A stretch of 33,946 bases of DNA from Octopus bimaculoides (lineage: Eukaryota): positions 9,117,968 through 9,151,913 of the forward strand of contig NC_069010.1 in assembly GCF_001194135.2 (NCBI RefSeq), written 5' to 3'. Shown here piece by piece: positions 21,716 through 33,530 of this stretch (positions are counted from its first letter, which is position 1; the number at the start of each line of letters is the position of its first letter). Position numbers and translations under genes: made by a program. The notes below the pieces were generated by a model, which had not been told where the DNA came from, made no database searches, and saw nothing but the letters and a program-made list of their open reading frames with translations.

Positions 21716-22112
21716 ATATAGGTGTGTGTGTGGTTGCAAAGTTTGCTTCCCAACTACATAGCTTCAGGCTCAGTCCCACTGTGTGGCATCTTGTGCCAAA
21801 TGTTGTCTACTATAGCTCTGAGTTGACCAATGCCTTGAGAGTAAATTTGGGAGATGGAAACTGAAAGAAGCCCATCATACATACATGTAGTATATTATGT
21901 GTGTGTGTGTTGTTTTGTGTATGTCCCCAAAACTTAATGGTTTTCCTCAAAAGTGACAATAGACTAAGTACAAGATTTAAAAAACTGACAAGTATTATGG
22001 TCAACTCAGTCAACTAAAATCCCTTCAAGGTGGTGGCCATGCATGGATTGAAACGGCTAGAAGATAATTAAATAAAATACTGGTTCGTTAATAGAGGTTT
22101 GAGTGAATACTA

Positions 22113-22611
22113 TACGAAGTCTAATCAAAACGTATCCGGATTGGTGCTGTAAAAAGGAAACAACAACAGCTCCTTCAGAGTCGTCCCCTTCTGAAGTCCC
22201 TCACTTTATCTGGCATCATTTCCATGGACTCCCGTTTCCTGGGACTCCTTTTTGGGGAGAGCAAACAGCTGTCTCGTTTGGATTTCCTCAATGTCTTCAA
22301 ATCTTGTTCCTTTCAAGTTGCATTTTGGAAACAGGAAAGGGGCCATGGCCATAGATCCATGATCCATCAGCTGTTAAGGACCATTTCCAAACAGTTGACC
22401 CCTTCCTCAACAAAATCAAGGAGATCCTGCACAGTTGACCCCTGATCTTCCAAGCACATAAACAATAGAAGAGAGTGAAAACGTTATAACTTAGTATGTT
22501 ACCATAACAACAGCGTCCAAGGTCAATCTGTGCCAAGTGACTTCACTTTACGTACTTAAGAAGCTTCGTTACCATAGCAACAGTTCCGATGGTTTTTGGT
22601 TGGACCTCATA
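22113..22611 (-). mobile_element. Internally deleted, non-autonomous mariner element (~500 bp) with degenerate TIRs
   Basis: Ends tacgaagtctaatcaaaacgtatccgga (22113) and ttccgatggtttttggttggacctcata (to 22611) are imperfect inverted repeats. Minus frames give VQDLLDFVEEGVNCLEMVL/TADGSWIYG (like the mariner ITGDESWIY) fused to PKCNLKGTRFEDIEEIQTRQLFALPKKESQE…SEGD (mariner C-terminus). Confidence 0.75.
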
Positions 22612-22770
22612 CAGTGTTGTGGATACAATTATTTTGAATTGTTATTTGAGTTTGAACTCAAAACCTTTTGTTTTGCATGTAAGTTTCATGTGTTCCACCC
22701 GCATTAACTAAACCATCCCTGAATTCTCAATAACTACATGTTTCATTGTTGTTGTTATTTCCCTGTCTAG

Positions 22771-22907
22771 GTCACACCCCCACTTGGTATAATCTGTACC
22801 GTGCTGATTGTCTTTCTTCTGGTTGAGCCTGAGAGGGGGTCCAGTGAAGGGGGTACCCACCTCAAGAACACCTCATACCTCACAGACATAAAGGCTCTTC
22901 TCAAAAA
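22771..22907 (+). CDS. SPNS1: SPNS1-like coding exon 5
   Basis: ctgtctag|. VTPPLGIICTVLIVFLLVEPERGSSEGGTHLKNTSYLTDIKALLK. Donor AA|gtaagt. Phases 0 to 2. Confidence 0.95.
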
Positions 22908-24089
22908 GTAAGTCCTCTCCTCATTTCTTTCGCTGCTCTCAGATGGGATGATGGGTAAGAGAGGGGCAGTGTGGAGGCACAGGCCCGACTCTCTGGTAAG
23001 AAGCTTGCTTCCCATCTACATCGTTCCAGGTTCAGTCCCACTGCGTAGCACCCTGGGTAAATGTCTTTCATTATAGCCTCAGGCCTTGCGAGTGGATCTG
23101 ATAGATGGAAACTGAAAGAAGCCCATCATATACATTTCTAGTCTCAGTTACTGAAAAGGAGATAACCACTCTGAAATGCATGTGTCCATCAGTTTGGTGG
23201 GGGTGGGGGTAGCACTGGAAACGGACTGGATGTCTCTATACCTGTCTGTCTGCCGAGTGAGAAATCTTCCTAATGTGCAAAATACTGTGAATGGCTTGGT
23301 TATGGGTTCAAAATGTTGCAAAAAGTTGGACTCAACACAACACTTTGGGATTGAATACTGATTGATGTTTTGAAATGAGTTTTTGTAATTTCAAATCTGA
23401 ACTAATTATTTTTAAAATTAGTTGACCTCAATAAATTATTTGATGTTTGACAAATCTTGCTCAAGGACACTCTTTGGGTTTTGGGTCACCAATGTTTATA
23501 GTTCATTGTTTTCACCGATAACCTCCTCAAACAAACACTGCAATGTTTAGATTATAGACAACTGATTACTTTTAATTCAAATGTTAACAATTCATAAAGT
23601 CTAGGACTTTAAAACATTATGGTGTAGGCATGGGTGTGCAATTAAGAAGCTGCTTGTCCCGACTGCATGCTTTCAAGTTCTGTCCCTCTGCTTGGCACAT
23701 TGGGCAAGTGTCTTCTACTGGAGCCACCAGCCCTAAGTTGACAAGACTCTTCTGAGTGGATCTGGTTGACAGAAACTGTGTAGAAGTGTCGAGCTGGCAG
23801 AAACGTTAACATACCAGGCGAAATGCTTACTGGTATTTCCTCTGCCGTTACGTTCTGAGTTCAAATTCCGCCAAGGTCGACTTTGCCTTTCATCCTTTTG
23901 GAGGGCGATAAATTAAGTACCAGTTACGCACAGGGGTCGATGTAATCGACTTAATCCGTTTGTCTGTCCTTGTTTGTCCCTTCTATGTTTAGCCCCTTGT
24001 GGGCAATACAGAAATACGAAACTGTGTAGAAGCCTGTTGTTTGTATATTTATGTTCATATATATGTGTGTGTATGTATGTCTGTGTGTG

Positions 24090-24123
<34 letters not shown>

Positions 24124-24188
24124 ACAATATGTGCAAAGAAAATTATGTTTATTTTAGATAACACCTTCAAAATTCAATTGTATTAACT

Positions 24189-24226
<38 letters not shown>

Positions 24227-24340
24227 TATATATTATAGAGGCATACCTCACACTATGTCATCAGTTGGTTCCAGGAGACACAACTTAAGTCGTATTGACT
24301 TGTCTATATATTTATATGTGTATGTAATATATATGCATAT

Positions 24341-24750
24341 CATCATCATTTAACGTCCGCTTTCCATGCTGGCATGGGTTAAACGATTTGACTGAGGACT
24401 GGTGAGCCAGATGGCTGCTCCAGGCTCCAATCTGATCTGGCAGAGTTTCTACAGCTGGATGCCCTTCCTAACACCAACCACTCCAAGAGTGTAGTGGGTG
24501 CTTTTACATGCCACCGGCACGAGGGCCAGTCGAGCAGTACTGGCAACGGCTATGCTCATATGGTGTTTTTACATGTCACCTGCACAGGTGTCAGTCCAGC
24601 AGCACAGGCAATGTCCTTGCTAGAATGCTGTTTTTCATGTACCACTGGCACAAATGCCAGTAAGGCGACACTGGTAATGATCACGCTTGAATGGTGCTTT
24701 TCACGTGCCACCAGCATGGAAGCCAGTCAGCAGCACTGGCAACGATCACT
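24341..24750 (-). mobile_element. RTE LINE 3'UTR copy
   Basis: catcatcatttaacgtccgctttccatgctggcatggg… matches the other copies. Confidence 0.8.
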
Positions 24751-24751
24751 C

Positions 24752-25050
24752 TCAGTGGGTGCTCTTAGCAATGGAGTTTGATGTAGCTACCCTCATTTGC
24801 ATCTCTTGCCGTGAGGTAAGTTCATCTGGGACTTTCAACAGGAAGCGGTCCAGCCTTGATTTAAAAACACCTACATCTACTTTGTGCAGGTTCCTCAGAC
24901 TCTTTGGGAGAATATTAAAAAGCTGTGGGCCCCTGAAACCCGGGCTGTTGTGGTAAGTGGTCCTGAAGCATGATGGCATTGCTGGGATCTTTGGCACTGT
25001 GCAATGTCGACCCTTTCTGGCATTGGTGTAGACTTGAGTTCTACTCATCT
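24752..25050 (-). mobile_element. CR1/L2-group LINE ORF2 C-terminal fragment
   Basis: RKGRHCTVPKIP…FRGPQLFNILPKSLRNLHKVDVGVFKSRLDRFLLKVPDE matches the typical post-RT C-terminal motif (LFNxLPxxLR…FKxxLDxFL) of CR1-group LINEs. Confidence 0.8.
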
Positions 25051-25137
25051 GTCAAGTTTCATCAAAATCAATAAAACGATGGAGGAGGAGTTAGATAACA
25101 ACATCACAAACAAACACACCGATTTTCCACATATGTA

Positions 25138-25182
<45 letters not shown>

Positions 25183-25233
25183 TATACATACATATATACT
25201 TATTATCTCTCATATTGATTAATCTGTTTTCAG

Positions 25234-25362
25234 TAAAAGTTTCCTGTTCTCAACTATTGGCTTCACATGTGTTGCATTTGTGACGGGAGCGTTGGCCCTT
25301 TGGGCTCCCTATTTTATGTATGATGCCATACGTCTCTTGGATGGATCAGCAGAAATGGCAGA
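25234..25362 (+). CDS. SPNS1: SPNS1-like coding exon 6 (not shown on this strand in the ORF track)
   Basis: ctgttttcag|t. (N)KSFLFSTIGFTCVAFVTGALALWAPYFMYDAIRLLDGSAEMA. Donor GA|gtaagt. Phases 2 to 2. Confidence 0.95.
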
Positions 25363-25938
25363 GTAAGTCAGCAGTTTCTTTTTTTCAAATATTTGTTGTT
25401 TTAGATTTTGTTTTGTTTCTATCTTCCCCATTTTCCTTTTCTCGTGGCTTTTCACTGAAATGACTGCAGCCATCTTCTTGAGTTGTAGCATCAATATTGA
25501 TCTACTTCAGAATGTATTTAAGATTGTTTTTGAAATACTTGCATGGCTTGCACTGGAGACATCCTTGCCCCAGTCGATTATCCAACACCTGTTTTGGCAG
25601 GCAGTTGTCCCCTAAATAGACAATCACGGGATAATCACATAATCTCATAATCTTTGAGATTTTGATCATTGGACTATTTAGTTTTAGAGTGACATTGCAG
25701 GGTCTGTATGAGAAGTTGGATCAGGCCAGTTTGAACATAAAACGAGTAGGATATTTGGCCTGGGTTTAAACATAAATGGCTAATGTCCATCTTTCATGCA
25801 GGTCTGTGTTTGACAGTTGGACAGGACTGCTGGGCCCAGGACCATTCTTCTCCGTTATCTTATTTCATCACGTTTTTTTTTGTTTTTTTTTTCAGCTTAT
25901 TTAATTTTAACCCTTTTTTTAAAATCCCTACTTTTCAG

Positions 25939-26134
25939 CGTTAGCCTAAAGTTTGGCGTCATCACGTGTGCAGCTGGTTTCATTGGTGTTGCTGCTGGCT
26001 CTGTTGCTGCACAGTATTACAGGAGACGAAACCCTCGAGCGGACCCTCTCATCTGTGCAAACGGGATACTGTTGTGCACCCCGTTCTTATTCTTTACCCT
26101 GGTTACCATGCAGTATTCCATCACAGCCTCTTGG
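25939..26134 (+). CDS. SPNS1: SPNS1-like coding exon 7
   Basis: cttttcag|c. (D)VSLKFGVITCAAGFIGVAAGSVAAQYYRRRNPRADPLICANGILLCTPFLFFTLVTMQYSITASW includes the Spinster NPRADPLxC motif. Donor TGG|gtatgt. Confidence 0.95.
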
Positions 26135-26403
26135 GTATGTAGCTCCACTGGTTATTGCTTGTGTTCTTTTTTGGTGGTGGGGAAATGTTCAGATTCTTTC
26201 TATTGTGTGCAGGGATCTTCCGATGGAAAAACCCCTACACCACCGACATCACCACCATTACCAGTACAAATACTGTGACCAACTCCACCCCACCCCCACC
26301 AGCCACCATCACAACAACCACCACCACTACAGTTCCCATGACTAATTACTGTCGTTAGTCTGTTTTTTCCATTAATTAATCTGTTTTTCTGTCTCTGTTT
26401 CAG

Positions 26404-26469
26404 GTTTTAATATTTATTGGGGAGACGTTTTTGTGCCTCAACTGGGCAATTGTGGCAGATATTTTATTG
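26404..26469 (+). CDS. SPNS1: SPNS1-like coding exon 8
   Basis: ctgtttcag|. VLIFIGETFLCLNWAIVADILL. Donor TTG|gtaaga. Phases 0 to 0. Confidence 0.95.
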
Positions 26470-26488
26470 GTAAGAAGCAAAGATAATC

Positions 26489-26519
<31 letters not shown>

Positions 26520-27951
26520 CGTCATCGCTTGTGGGGAGGGGGTGGTGAGTGAACTGGGAGTATATGTGAGTGTGTATGTATGTATATGTCTGTATGTATG
26601 TATGTACGTATGTATGTGTATGCAAGTGTATGTATGTATGTATATCTGTCTGAATATACATATATGTATATCTATATATAAATAATGGCAGAATCGTAAG
26701 CACACCGCAGCTGTGTGTGTGGCCTGTGTGTTGGGGTTGCGTCTCGTCTAGTGATTTTCACCTTTTTTAATATCATACCAGATCCAGGGATCTGCACCAA
26801 AAATTTACTATATTTAAAGAGGGAAGAGCATCAGGGTCCACATATGGCCCTGGGAGCTTTGGTTGAGGACCCCTGATCTAACGTGTGTGTGTATGTTTTA
26901 ATGTCTGGCGTGTTGGACAAAAACTCAGATCCCTACAAAGACATCTTCTATGTCAATGTTTTTATAAAATCAAAGAAAAAAAAACTGTTGACCTTTAAAC
27001 CCCCCCCCCCTCTCACTCTATTTATGGGTTTTCTTTATTAATTGAGCTTTGAACCTATCAATTACAACCTCTTCTATTGAAATTATCTCAAGTGGACAGG
27101 GTTAGCTCCTTCACAGCCAAGATAACCAAAAGTTAGTTTATGTAGGCTAATGACTGAAGCATAAGCAAATGGCCCAGTGTTCAGTGTCACTGTGTGGCAC
27201 GTTGGGCAAGAGACATCTACGGTAGCCTTTTGCTGACCAAAGCTTTGGCAGTGAATTTGGATGAAGCCTGTTTTATATGCATATATCACCATCATCATCA
27301 TCGTCGTCATCCTTTAATGTCCACGGGTTGGATGGGTTGGGAAGCCAAAGCACTGCAAACCATGCTCTGATCTACTTTAGCATGGTTTCTACGGCTGGAA
27401 GCCCTTCCTAACCCACAGGGTGCTGGCTGCTTTGTATGGGACACTGGCACAAGACCCTTGTAGGCCAATCTTCTTCACCAGGGGATGTGGCCTTAACACT
27501 TCTACTGTGGAGGACAGGTTGCACATACACACACACGTTTATGTGTGAGTGTATATGTATATATTTATATACACACACACATACATATGCATGTACCATA
27601 GATTTGTGAGTGAATTGGTAGACAGAAATTGTGTGGAAGCTTGTTGCATATCTATCTATCTTTCCATCTATCTATGCACACACACACACCAACCAATGTT
27701 TTTTTGTGAGTGATTTGGTGGACCCAAATACATGGAAGCCTGTTATGTATGTATATATATATATATATATGTATATGGCACGTGAAAAGCACCGTTACCA
27801 GCATTGACTTCCTGGCACATGAAAAAACATTTGAGAAAGGTTGTTGCCAGTGCCACTGGACTGGCTCCTGTGTAGGTGGCACGTAAAAAACACCAACCTA
27901 TAATAGAAAACATCATCATCATTATTATTATTATTATTATCATTATTATTA

Positions 27952-28177
27952 AAGGCAGTGAGCTGGCAGATTGTTAGCAGACTGGATGAAATGCTTTGTG
28001 GTATTTTGCCTGTTGTTATGTTCTGAGTTCAAATTCCATAGAAGTCGACTTTGCCTCTCATCCTTTCAGGGTTGATAAATTAAGTACCAGTGAAACGCTG
28101 GGGGTCGATGTGATTGACTAGTCCCCTCCCCACAAATTTCAGACCTTGTGCCTTTAGTAGAAAGGATTATTATTATT
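27952..28177 (+). mobile_element. SINE family B copy with (ATT)n tail, ending ~50 bp before exon 9
   Basis: Same head, central and tail motifs as the 21511 copy. Confidence 0.75.
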
Positions 28178-28225
28178 TCTTCTTCTTCTTCTTCTTGTAA
28201 TAATTGTTATTCCTTTGTGCTGCAG

Positions 28226-28324
28226 TATGTGGTCATTCCTACAAGACGGTCACTTGCTGAGTCATTTCAAATCATTATTTCCCACATGTTTGGTGATGCT
28301 GGCAGCCCTTATTTGATTGGATTG
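28226..28324 (+). CDS. SPNS1: SPNS1-like coding exon 9
   Basis: gctgcag|. [33 protein letters not shown] includes the Spinster [10 protein letters not shown] motif. Donor TTG|gtgagt. Confidence 0.96.
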
Positions 28325-28361
28325 GTGAGTATAGTCATCTAGCTTTCTGTTTCTGAATGTC

Positions 28362-28416
28362 TGTCTATCTCTCTGTCTATTTATCTATCTATCTATCTCT
28401 CTGTCTATCTACCTAC

Positions 28417-28458
<42 letters not shown>

Positions 28459-28460
28459 CT
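28362..28460. repeat. (TCTA)n tetranucleotide microsatellite
   Basis: Read directly from the sequence. Confidence 0.9.
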
Positions 28461-28681
28461 ACTTTTCTCTCTCTCTGTCTCTCTCTACATATATATGTGT
28501 GTTTTGTGTATGTATAGATCTCCATCATTCCCTTGTCTGCCCCGCCCCCTCTCACTGCCTGTCTCTCCCACTGCATCTATTCTCTACCTCCTCCTCCCCC
28601 CCAGTCCTTAACTCTCTCCCTTTCTCCATCTCCATCATGTTATGTAATAAACCATATCTATTTCTCCTCCTGCATCGACAG

Positions 28682-28865
28682 ATCTCCGACCACCTGTCCT
28701 CGACCTACCCCGAGTACATGCAAAAGACCAACTTCCTGCAGTTCATCACACTCCGTGCTGCCCTCTACATTACATGTTTTGTCTGTGTCCTCGGTGGCGC
28801 GGCCTTCTTTGCTGCGGCACTTTTTGTAGAAAAAGACAAAGAAAGAGTCGACAATCTCATCCGAG
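28682..28865 (+). CDS. SPNS1: SPNS1-like coding exon 10
   Basis: atcgacag|. ISDHLSSTYPEYMQKTNFLQFITLRAALYITCFVCVLGGAAFFAAALFVEKDKERVDNLIR (TM12). Donor G|gtcagt, phase 1. Confidence 0.93.
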
Positions 28866-29033
28866 GTCAGTTACTCCATGTTTTATTTTTTGCTGTCGTT
28901 GTTGTTGTTGTTGCTGTTGTCATAGTTACTGCTGCTGCTGCTGCTGCTGTTGTGTCCTGCTTTGGTCAGCTTTTCTACTCTTTTATCAGGTTGATAAAAT
29001 ACACCATCAGTTTTATATATATACATATATGTG

Positions 29034-29088
<55 letters not shown>

Positions 29089-29504
29089 ATATATAAAAAT
29101 TAGGGATACCTAATGTACCAGCTTTGCTACAAAGAGGAGTCAACACTCCAAATCCCCAAGTTTATCACTTAAATAAACAAGAAAAAGATAATAGATTTAT
29201 CATCATCATCGTCGTCGTCGTTTAACGTCCGCTTTCCATGCTATCATGGGTTGGACGATTTGACTGAGGACTGGTGAAACCAGATGGCCACACCAGGCTC
29301 CAATCTATATATATAAAAATAAACATAATTAATGACAGAAGCAGTGTTAACATGAAAAAGTGGATGTTGTGTTGGAACATACAGTACTGTGCTAGTTACC
29401 TGGAGAGTGTATATAAGGATTAGTTTATATCATTGATGGTTGATAACCACCCTGTATGGCCACTGGAAACTGCTGAATTACATGATCTGGCTCTCCGTTG
29501 CGAT

Positions 29505-29599
<95 letters not shown>

Positions 29600-30485
29600 C
29601 AATAAGAGCTTTGGATGGGAATTTCTAAGTGTTTTAACTCTTTAGCATCCAGATTATTCTGCCAAATGTAATACTGTTTCCTTCATATTGTTTCGAATTA
29701 ATCATTCTCTTGTTGCTTTGAGGTTTTGATGTTGTGATTGTTTATTATTAGAATGATATTGTAGGCTTGGTGTGAGAGGCCAGATCTGGGCAGTTTGAGC
29801 ATAAATCACGTGGAATAATTTGGCTGGATACGACCAGTGTAAATGCTAAAGGGTATATGCATTGCTACATATGTTTCCACAAACTTAGATTTTGCAGAAC
29901 TTCACTGGATGAGGAAGGAATACAACAACTAAAGCATGTAGTTTGTGGCAACGTATGTGGCAGTCCATTAAAAGATTTACAGATTCTCATCCAAAATTTC
30001 TTGTTATATTCATCCTGCGCTCTACTGGCATCAGACTAATAACCTTTCCATAGATTTACTCCAGAAGATGGGAACAATAAGTGGTAGCTGGGAAAAATAA
30101 GACAGGAGGAGCTTTTTAGGAGGACACTCAAAAATGTTTCACATAAAAGGACTTCAAGCATATAAGCTATATCTATATATGACAAATGACCGAGAGCTTG
30201 GCATTGTGCCAAGTAAAACTGCAGGAATGGCAGATCCTGGTGCCACGCAAATGGCACCTGTGCTGGTGGAATTTAAAAGCACCCATTACACTATCAAGAG
30301 TGGTTGCTGGTAGGAAGGATATCCAGCCATAGAAACCGTGCCTAATCAGACTTTTCTCAAGTTCCAAATGTGAATTTGTCTGTATTAAATACATCCCAAA
30401 GATGAAGTTTTGTATCTTTGTTGGAAACTGGCTCCCTCCTCAGTGGAAGATTTATAATAATTAAAAAATAGAAGAGACATACATG

Positions 30486-31093
30486 CATCATCATCATCAT
30501 CATCATCATCATTGTTTAACGTCTGCCTTCCATGCTAGCATGGGTTGGACGATTTGACTGAGGACTGGTGAAACCGGATGGCCACACCAGGCTCCAATCT
30601 AATTTGGCAGAGTTTCTACAGCTGGATGCCCTTCCTAACGCCAACCACTCAGAGAGTGTAGTGGGTGCTTTTACGTGTCACCCGCACGAAAACGGCCACG
30701 CTCGAAATGGTGTCTTTTATGTGTCACCCGCACAAGAGCCAGTCCAGGGGCACTGGCAACGATCTCGCTCGAAAACCCTACAAGGCCAGTCAGGCAGTAC
30801 TGGCAACGGTCACGCTCAGGATGGTACATCTTATGTGCCACCCGCTCAAGAGCCAGTCCAGGGGCCCTGGCAACGATCTCACTTGGCTTGCCGGGTCTTC
30901 TCACGCACAGCACATTTCCAAAGGTCTCGGTCAGTAGTCATCGCCTCGGTGAGGCCCAATGTTCGAAGGTCTTGCCTCACCACCTCAGCCCAGGTCTTCC
31001 TGGGCCTACCTCTTCCACGGGTTCCCTCAACTGTTAGGGAGTGGCACTTTTTCATGCAGCTATTCAACTGTTAGGGAGTGGCACTTTTTCATG
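30486..31093 (-). mobile_element. Young-looking RTE LINE 3' fragment (ORF2 C-terminus, 3'UTR, (GAT)n tail)
   Basis: CHSLTVEGTRGRGRPRKTWAEVVRQDLRTLGLTEAMTTDRDLWKCAVREKTRQAK* (31067-30879), followed by the 3'UTR and a (CAT)n run at 30486-30511. Confidence 0.88.
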
Positions 31094-31923
31094 TATACAC
31101 ACACACACACACACATGCCCTTGTATACACACGTGTGTGTATATTTTATATGTCTATCATTCATCATAATCATCATCATTTAATGTCTGCTGGCCAGAAT
31201 TGGGTGGTTTGGCAGGGGCTGGTAAGGCCAGACACCACAACAGGATTCTTCGTCCGTTTTGGCATGGTTTCTATAGCTGGATTCCCATCCTAATGCTGAC
31301 CACTACAGAATGTTCTGGATGCTTTTAACATGGCACCAGCATCAGTGTCAATTCTGCTGTGAAAAATGAGCAAAGAGGAATAACTTGAGGTACCCAATGG
31401 CATGTATTTGAACAAGATAGACCAGTACAAGTATATAAGAAAAAACACACACAACATAAAATTCTTGTTTCATTAAAATTATCTTTTCTTCAAGACAATG
31501 CATCATAATAAATCCAGATAAATACCCCTTGGAGCACTCTGTACAAATTGAACCTGGCTATCTAAATTGTCCAGTTAAAGCAACAGGAATTCACACAGGT
31601 TGTTATTTCACTTTCTGTGGCATGTCCAATGTATGAAACCGAATTTCAAAGACTGAATAAATTTGGTAAATTGATCACAGAGAATATTAGGGAAAAAACC
31701 CCGCAAAGAATGAAGGTCAGTCAATGATTTAATCAGCTACATGTGTTTCAAATAGAATTGCTCCCTACAACCAGCCGGCATCCTGAGCAGGGAAGACTGG
31801 ACGTATATACGCTAGAGAAACTGGGTACCCAGTGCCTTGCTCCTTACAGAGTCATGTGGACTTATCATGTATATATGCATGTACGTGTGTGTGTGTGCAT
31901 GTATGTATGCATGAATGTGTGTG

Positions 31924-31962
<39 letters not shown>

Positions 31963-32040
31963 TATATATATATATAGATATATCTTTGTACTTGTGAATT
32001 TTCCATGCTTTTTTTAAAAATGATTTATTCATTATTCCAG

Positions 32041-32192
32041 GCGATTTAAGTGATGAAATAGTTGTTTTCCATTCGCCGGTTTCTGTTGGCTCCCCACAGG
32101 TGTACGGTGCTTTTAGCCATTTGTGGCGTGGTGAGTTTGTCGGTCTTGTACCCTTTCTGCCTCATCACTTGAGCCATGACTACATCTACTAA
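32041..32192 (+). CDS. SPNS1: Candidate SPNS1 exon 11: terminal to TAA at 32190-32192, or internal ending at 32130
   Basis: Acceptor ttcattattccag| at 32040. The phase-1 join gives (G)DLSDEIVVFHSPVSVGSPQVYGAFSHLWRGEFVGLVPFLPHHLSHDYIY*. An internal G|gtgagt donor sits at 32130/32131. I cannot see homology support for this tail. Confidence 0.5.
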
Positions 32193-32805
32193 CAGAATGT
32201 GGTGCTTACTTATACAGCATCCTTGAATCCTTTTGGATCTGTCTAACAAAGTGATGCATAAATAATAATTCTAATAATAATAATAATCCTTTCTACTAAA
32301 GGCACAAGGCCTGAAATTGTAAGGGAGGTGGCAAGTTGTGAAAGTAATGAAAATTTTGGAAGACAAGTATAAATAATAAATGAGTGGAAATTGAACCAGT
32401 GAGTGTGTTAAATGATGAGGCATTAAGACAATATGACCCTCCCCAGACGCAATATCATTTGCTTAAACACACAAATTCACGTAAAGAATTTTGTAAACCA
32501 GATACCAAAACGAAATATATATAATATAAAACAAACCACTCGCTACATTCGACATAATTACCCCTACCCATCATCATTTCACATCCGTTCTCCATGCTGG
32601 CATAGGATGGATGCTTTGACAAGCGCTGGTAAGCCAGAGGATTGTGCCAGGATCTTCAGTTTGTTTTGGCAATAAAGTGTCTTGCTCAAGAACACAACGC
32701 ACTACCAAGTCCAGGAATTGAACTCACTACTTCATGATTGTGAGCCTGACACTCGAACCACTGACTCATGTGCCTTCACATAGACTATATATATATATAT
32801 ATACT

Positions 32806-33081
32806 AGCGAGATCGTTGCCAGTGCCCCTGGACTGGCTTGTGCGGGTGGCACATAAAAGACACCATTTCGAGCGTGGCCGTTTTCATGCGGGTGACACGT
32901 AAAAGCACCCACTACACTCTCTGAGTGGTTGGCGTTAGGAAGGGCATCCAGCTGTAGAAACTCTGCCAAATTAGACTGGAGCCTGGTGTTGCCATCCGGT
33001 TTCACCAGTCCTCAGTCAAATCGTCCAACCCATGCTAGCATGGAAAGCGGACGTTAAACGATGATGATGATGATGATGATG
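32806..33081 (+). mobile_element. RTE LINE 3'UTR copy, near-identical and inverted relative to 30514-30769
   Basis: Direct comparison shows only a few mismatches over about 255 bp. Ends in a (GAT)n tail. Confidence 0.85.
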
Positions 33082-33366
33082 TTGTGTAAATTTGGATTTT
33101 TATCCCTAATATTATTATTAGCCAAATCAGACTGGAGCCTGGTGCAGCTCTCCATCTTGCCAGCATGGAAAACTAACATTAAAGGAGGATGATGTTGATG
33201 GTGGTGATGTCATTTACTTCCTTGTCCATCACCTACTCCCTTAGATCTTGCACTAATTACTTCACTTAATCCAATACTCTGCTTTCCTCATTTTATCTTC
33301 ATTTGTTTTGACACAGTCACATACAGTGACTCCCTCTTAACCTCTTCATCCTGATTCCAGTTTAAG

Positions 33367-33530
33367 AAACTACACTCTCTGAGTGGTTGGCGTTAGGAAG
33401 GGCATCCAGCTGTAGAAACTCTGCCAAATCAGATTGGAGCCTGGTGTTGCCATCCGGTTTCATCAGTCCTCAGTCAAATCGTCCAACCCATGCTAGCATG
33501 GAAAGCGGACGTTAAACGATGATGATGATG
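33367..33530 (+). mobile_element. RTE LINE 3'UTR short copy
   Basis: actacactctctgagtggttggcg…ggacgttaaacgatgatgatgatg. Confidence 0.85.

Noticed and set aside
26831-26877. Short inverted repeat tcagggtcc…ggacccctga with a hAT-like end ggttgaggacccctg
   Set aside because: Too short and degenerate, and no target-site duplication was identified.
30546-30585. CTGAGGA-ctggt-GAAAC in the RTE 3'UTR resembles a hammerhead core
   Set aside because: Only 5 nt lie between the core halves, so no helix II can form, and there is no matching helix I/III or NUH site.
10495-33530. Recurrent ~30-60-bp motifs that could be mistaken for a CRISPR-like array
   Set aside because: They are dispersed LINE/SINE copies in a eukaryotic intron context, with no regular repeat-spacer period and no cas genes.
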